DNA of 41,405 nt, from contig NMRA01001194.1 of NCBI GenBank assembly GCA_002633005.1, positions 1 through 41,405 on the forward strand, written 5' to 3'. The DNA is from Phoronis australis (lineage: Eukaryota > Animalia > Phoronida). Position numbers and translations under genes: made by a program. Below, piece after piece: positions 35,755 through 41,405 of this stretch (positions are counted from its first letter, which is position 1; each line of letters starts with the position of its first letter). The notes beneath the pieces were generated by a model that was not told the origin of the DNA, searched no databases, and saw only the letters and a list, made by a program, of their open reading frames with translations.

Positions 35755-37202
35755 AACCAGTGTACGGTTTGCACAAGTTAAAATGAATCATAACGGGCAC
35801 GTTTATTTGGCATTCGAATACATGAAGGCAGGGCACTGTCTTTCGTGCAACATGGGCAACATGTTCTAAGTAATTGGTGGTTGGAGCCTACCATAGGAGT
35901 TCATTACGTCATATTAACGAAGTTGATACAGGAAAGTTCATTTAAAGTTTTGCTGGACCTTATTGACAACTTTGTGTACTTAGCCAAATACATGTATCTA
36001 TAAAACTGGTAAATTTTGACACGGTGAGAGTGAATCTTCTGAAAATAGAAGGCTTGTAAAATTTGATTTCAGACCTTATCCAGTGTAACATTGGTTGGGT
36101 CACGTGATCATGTATTTCAATAGAATTCAGCAAAAAAAACAAAGGTACATTGAGAGGAAAATGACGGTATCAATAATATGACCAAATATTAGTTGATGTA
36201 AATCTTCCAACATAAAATCTAAAAAACGCTGTTACTGTTTTCTGAATTTTTGTTTTCGTTCCTCCAATTTTCATTGTTTCAAGGAAATCATAACAGCCCT
36301 ATTTTTGCAAATGTGGAACATTTTAAATCCAATTCTTAACAGCTTTTCAGAGAACACTGCATAAAGCATAGTATCTGAGGGCCCTTTTGGAAAGCAATGC
36401 TGACACTGAAGAGGCCACCCTCGTTTTAAATATTAAAATAAGAAAAATCTGAAGGTTGCATATGAATCCGACTGCCAGTCGAGATATACGTTATTCCGAA
36501 GTTATCCAAACTTTTCTAGGGTACAGTAAAACCTTAGTACAATGGCTTAAATACAGGTTATTATGGGAGCTCTTTTCTTCAGATTGATAATGAGACTAGA
36601 ATGACTATTGACTGTAGGAATGTATATAAAACTGAGACCCGTTCCGCAACGCAAGACACTCGCAAGTGAAACCTAGCGTGATTGCATGACTCTTCTAATA
36701 CATAGCCAAGTGTCATCAAGATTTGCGAGATCTCATTTTTATCACTAGAAACTTGTTCACGACCAGGTCTGTTTTGCATAACCCCAAGACATTTGCCAGC
36801 CTTTTGCGCGTGAAATCTTGGTTTATCCTATAATTCAACATTTCAACCTCGCCTTTAGTGGCCGTCACATTGCTACATGTAGGCTACAGTACATTAGTCA
36901 GGGTGGAGTTCAGAAAGGTTAGGACATGGTTAAGAAGCAAGTATTCGCGAGATTACGTGAGACATCGTCGTGTATTTAAAGAAGTACACTAGATTTTAGC
37001 GAGATGCTATCGTTACTGCACTGTACCCAGGTCTTGAGCATAGTTGCGAAACAATAGCCTTTCACTTTCGTGATTTTGCGTGATCTTGCTTTTTGGAGAG
37101 ATTCTTCGATCTACAAAACAAAGCACGTCTGTGTTGCCAGTTGTTTACTACCTTATCTGATTCGCTCGTCTTCACGGTACAGGCTAAATGCTTATCTTCC
37201 AG

Positions 37203-37264
37203 TGAACATGTTTTGGTCTGCAAATAAAAAGACATGAACATGTTTTAGTCTGCAAATAAAAATA
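37203..37264 (+). repeat. Tandem duplication of ~32 bp
   Basis: TGAACATGTTTT(G/A)GTCTGCAAATAAAAA occurs twice in tandem. Confidence 0.8.
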
Positions 37265-39611
37265 CAGACACTTGAACAAATTGCATAGTGGAAAAAACAC
37301 GATTTTGTGATTTTGTATATCATTTTGCCTGAATTTCTCTCTGAATTTTTTTTTCATAGGTAAATTCTTACTTTTTGAAAATTTAGAGACAAGCCGTTGT
37401 CAAAACACTAGTTTAGCGATTTTCGGGCATGGGAAAAGCGGGAAGTTCTTTTTGGCGAAGATTGAACACCGTACATAGATACTGATATGGATACCAGATT
37501 AAACCGAAATCAATTTGACTATCAGCTCAGTAAGAACCAATTCATTCCGCTAGTAATTTCAAGACATTTCGAATGGGGCAGAGAGTACTTAGAAAACGTG
37601 AAGCTTAAGTTTGGAGAAAACGGTATAGACTTAGTTCATGGTGTGCTGTTTGAGTTTATGTTATGGTGTGCTTTATATAACTGTTTTGATTTTGTAATAA
37701 TAGGATTTTAGCAATCATAATTATTCATTGTCCAGTTCAGATTAGCGGAGGGCTGGAGATACATTATATACAGCAATGAAAGTGTTAAAGTAATTAAAAC
37801 GGTTGCAACTGTTTTGTCATATTCATTTCCCGACTGATTGTAACGTCGTTGTGAATGTTTGCTCTACCAAACAGAGACGGTCGTTTAAGGAGATTGCAAG
37901 GCCAGCATATCTGTTTCTATTGTATCAGTTCAGGATGTAATTGGTATGAATGAAAATGTATAGACAGTGTGGGGTTTTGTGAATAAATATATAACATCTG
38001 TACAATATACCATAATTTATGTTGTATCGGGTGAGACCGTTTAATTATGCATAAAGCGGAATCCAGAGATTGATTTGTCTTACATGAAATTCGTTCAACC
38101 AAAATATTTCTGGGCCTATAAGATCGCTGGATATCATTTTGGAATAAAGGAAATAAACGAAATTCAAGAATTATCGAAACGGAACGTTAACTTCACAAAA
38201 TTCATCGCTAAGCCTTACTTTTCGTTTTTGTCCCCTTGGTACTAGATTTAGCGGATGAGGTGTCCCCGTGCGTTAGTGATTGGATTTTGTTCAGTGGTAA
38301 ACGACTTTGATCATCGCTGCGCAGACCCAAATTGTCGCAACAGCTCAACTTGACACATCTTTGGAGTTGTAACAATTTGACTCAGCACTCACGGCTCCAA
38401 TCTCACAATTTGCCAAAATTGTTCCCGACAGTCTTGCGTGTGACAATATGTGCCTGTACTATGCAACTCAGGCAGCCACCACAGTTACCGGACGTTTCAC
38501 TAAAGGGCTGCGCCCTCTTCGTCGCAAGCTATGGCTTGTGGACAAGGTGGGGGAGGTGGAGCTTGGTCCCCTTATTTTTCAAAATGTACTTGGTAAACTT
38601 TAACTTAAAACTAGAATTGTATGAACAACCGACGTGCGAAATGCTCTTAAAAATACTCGAATTATATATGTTTCCAAATTTATTCAGAACTCAGCTTAAC
38701 CCTCGCATACTTCTTGGGCTATATACATGTAGTATCAACTAATTGCTTAATCTTAAAAACCAAGAGCTATAGGGACCCATCTGTCGTCAAATCTCGTGTA
38801 GTCGCAGCTCCTATAGAATAAAAATTAATATATTTTTCAAGCTTGTAATACTCAAAACCTTTCATTTGTCAAGGCAGACTGTGACAGTATATGTGATGTT
38901 TACCAAAACTAAGATCAAGCTCTATTTTCTAGGTTCTGATGATTATCCTAAAAAAGTTCTGCACAAGTGAAATTCAAAGACACATTTATATGGTCATGTA
39001 ACCATTGCTATAATGCAGACCAGAAACGACGGACGACACTGCATGACCAGTAAAGATGGAATTCTGGTTCTTATCCATACAATGTGCATAGTTGTGAACT
39101 ACTGCTTCCAATTTGATGTATTAGTACAGGTTCGTGGTAGCCAACATTGCACGGGGGTAGTTCAAATTTCCAAAACGGTTTGCCTTTTGATGATATTTCG
39201 CAAACGGCGACACTAGATTTTTCGGTAGCACCCTTTCGCAGCTTGAGCCGGTGGAAGGGAAATCTGCATACAAGACGATGACTCTCGACTCCATTTTCCT
39301 GGGATGAGACCAAGGGAATTCGTAATGACAGAAATGAGTATGCTATGACGGTTGCTCATAAACGAAGGGTCCCAAATTCTGATGTATTGTGGTCCAGAAA
39401 CTTCTATTTTTGGATTACTGAGCGTTTCCCCTCTGCCAAACGTTGCAACCAGGCGTGCTTAAATGAGTGATTTTCTACGGCTCGGCCACCGCATACCCGG
39501 GCGGAAGTATTTATTAGGACAATGATTTGACATATTTTATTTTTCATCGGTTTGTATTTCTGTGTTTTACTTAAGTTGCTCATAGGTATGGAAATTGGAA
39601 AAGCCTCTTAA

Positions 39612-39696
39612 TCCAAAGGTTCATTACTCTGAAGTTTGACTACTCCGAAGGTTCACTACTCCGAAGGTTCACTACTCCGAAGGATCACTATTCCAA
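39612..39696 (+). repeat. 16-bp minisatellite, about 5 copies
   Basis: Unit ACTACTCCGAAGGTTC, degenerate at both edges. Confidence 0.85.
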
Positions 39697-41405
39697 AAAT
39701 ATGACATTTCGGTTTCAGAAGTAACTTTATACTGGCTGCAAAAATATTCGATACTTCGGTTATTAGACAACGTGATGTACTTACACTGTATACCGATAAC
39801 AAGGCTCATTTACTTAAACACTTGATATGGGATTAATTTCTTTTCCATGCAAAACTGGGCTCCAAAGCATGTCTTATGAGGACGAAAAAATGAGTATGTA
39901 CTTGGATTTTTAAGAGAATGTGAAGTAGAAATATTGAATTATCAATCACAAAATCCATGTCAAGATCCCAACATTTCATTGAGCGCCATTGAAAACTTTA
40001 ACCGTTGCGCCTCAATCTCACCCACAGCGTCTAATCCACGAGAATAACTAAATATAGTAGGCTACACTGTCCCTGCAAGTCTTCATCAATACATAGACTC
40101 CTACCCAATATTTTCCAATTTAAAGACGCCCGTAGGTCGCCGTAGCCGTGAAATAATATATCCCAGTGTTCCGGTGTTGTCCCTGTTCAGTGAAAATGAG
40201 TCGTTTTACTGAAGAATCACGACTGTTAGTGATTGTCGTGGAATTTAGCTCATTTCCACACAATATTTAAGGAGACATCAAAAATTTAAACACATTTTTT
40301 AATGGTTATTAAACGCGCACAGATACAATATTTTTGCATGTCAGTTCTACCTGATTTACAGACATTGAGAGTAGTAAACTGTTGGAGTTATGAGCTTGCT
40401 TTCGGATTATTAAGCATTCGGGGGCTAATGAACCTTCGGAGTAGTGACGTGTAACCTTGGAAGTATATGCCATCAAGTTTGTTTCTCGTACTAAGTCTGC
40501 GAGGTTGTGCATAAATGACAATAGTTACAAGGGAAGATTGAATAAAGATTTTTAATAGGTCTAAGTCCCCTTTTCCGAATAACACGAACATTCGTGTCAG
40601 GATTTTCTCAGTGCTAAAGTATGTAGTTACATGTAAATGGTATTTAAACAAGGACGGAGGACTGCCTAGTTCTGAATTTAAAAGAAATGATGAAAACGCA
40701 AACACGTGTGAACATAGGGATATCAGTCCATCAATTCAAAACCAGAGCGTGCACTGGATGAACGACGTACTCGACAATCACTCTATTCAAGGGGAAAGCA
40801 ACCTTTTTCGTATCATTTTTAATAAAAATAAGGTTATTTGATTATCCCAAACGCATGCTTCAGTTAATTACAGCTCTTCATAATTTTATTAATTAGCCGT
40901 GCGCTATTCCGGAAGTGTCATTTAGGGGTTAAGAATTTCTCGAATTTTCGTTTCTAGTGCGTTCGAGTAACTGTGAGAATCTTTTTTAGTGTTGTTTTTT
41001 GCTGGTCTCCTAAAATTGTCGTCGCCACTTCCCATCTACGAGTATTCTATGACAAGCTAGGTTGCTAGATAACTCAATTACGCTGTATCTAGGAATATTT
41101 TTGTTTGTAATAGAAGTGGGTGGATATATGCATGTTTCAGCCCGAGTATAGCGCGTCAGAATACAGGCAACTGTTGAGAGGGATGAGGCAGATACTCAGG
41201 ACAGACGTGGTGGGACGTCTTGGTCCAAAGGCAAGGTGTGCACTGTGATGCCGCCGACCTCAATGGAATGCCAATGCCGTTCCCACTGAGCATCCAGACC
41301 GCTTACAACCAGCCGTGTGACTCCCTTGCCACATACTTGAACCTTCTAAATTGCTCCAACGAATACTTAAGTCAAATCCACAATAAACTTATCAAAGTTT
41401 GTCTC

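Noticed and set aside
39013-39470. Several 60-80 aa ORFs on both strands
   Set aside because: No recognisable domain and no consistent splice pattern.
39612-39696. CRISPR-like array
   Set aside because: Head-to-tail 16-bp repeats with no unique spacers and no cas genes.

Overview
This is AT-rich, repeat-rich, intron-containing eukaryotic DNA, most consistent with a non-vertebrate animal; the species cannot be determined from the sequence. Most short ORFs in the track are spurious. The main result is that the ORF fragments from 21.3 to 35.8 kb join, with splice phases checked by hand, into one + strand gene of about 1,160-1,190 aa. Its order is: divergent TIR domain, Pro-rich linker built partly from a duplicated exon, four-TM KAP-family P-loop NTPase (NKPD1/Kidins220-like), and a C-terminal OTU deubiquitinase with an apparently intact catalytic site. 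I do not know this TIR-KAP-OTU architecture from characterised animal proteins; it looks like a membrane-bound innate-immune or signalling switch. The window also holds a rolling-stone-like membrane protein gene (- strand), a decayed BEL/Pao LTR element, two Penelope-like GIY-YIG remnants (one with a degenerate hammerhead ribozyme), a THAP remnant, several MITE-like inverted repeats, at least 15 TACATGTA footprint-like sites, and a ~2.4/2.9 kb duplication across an N gap that is probably two unmerged haplotypes.
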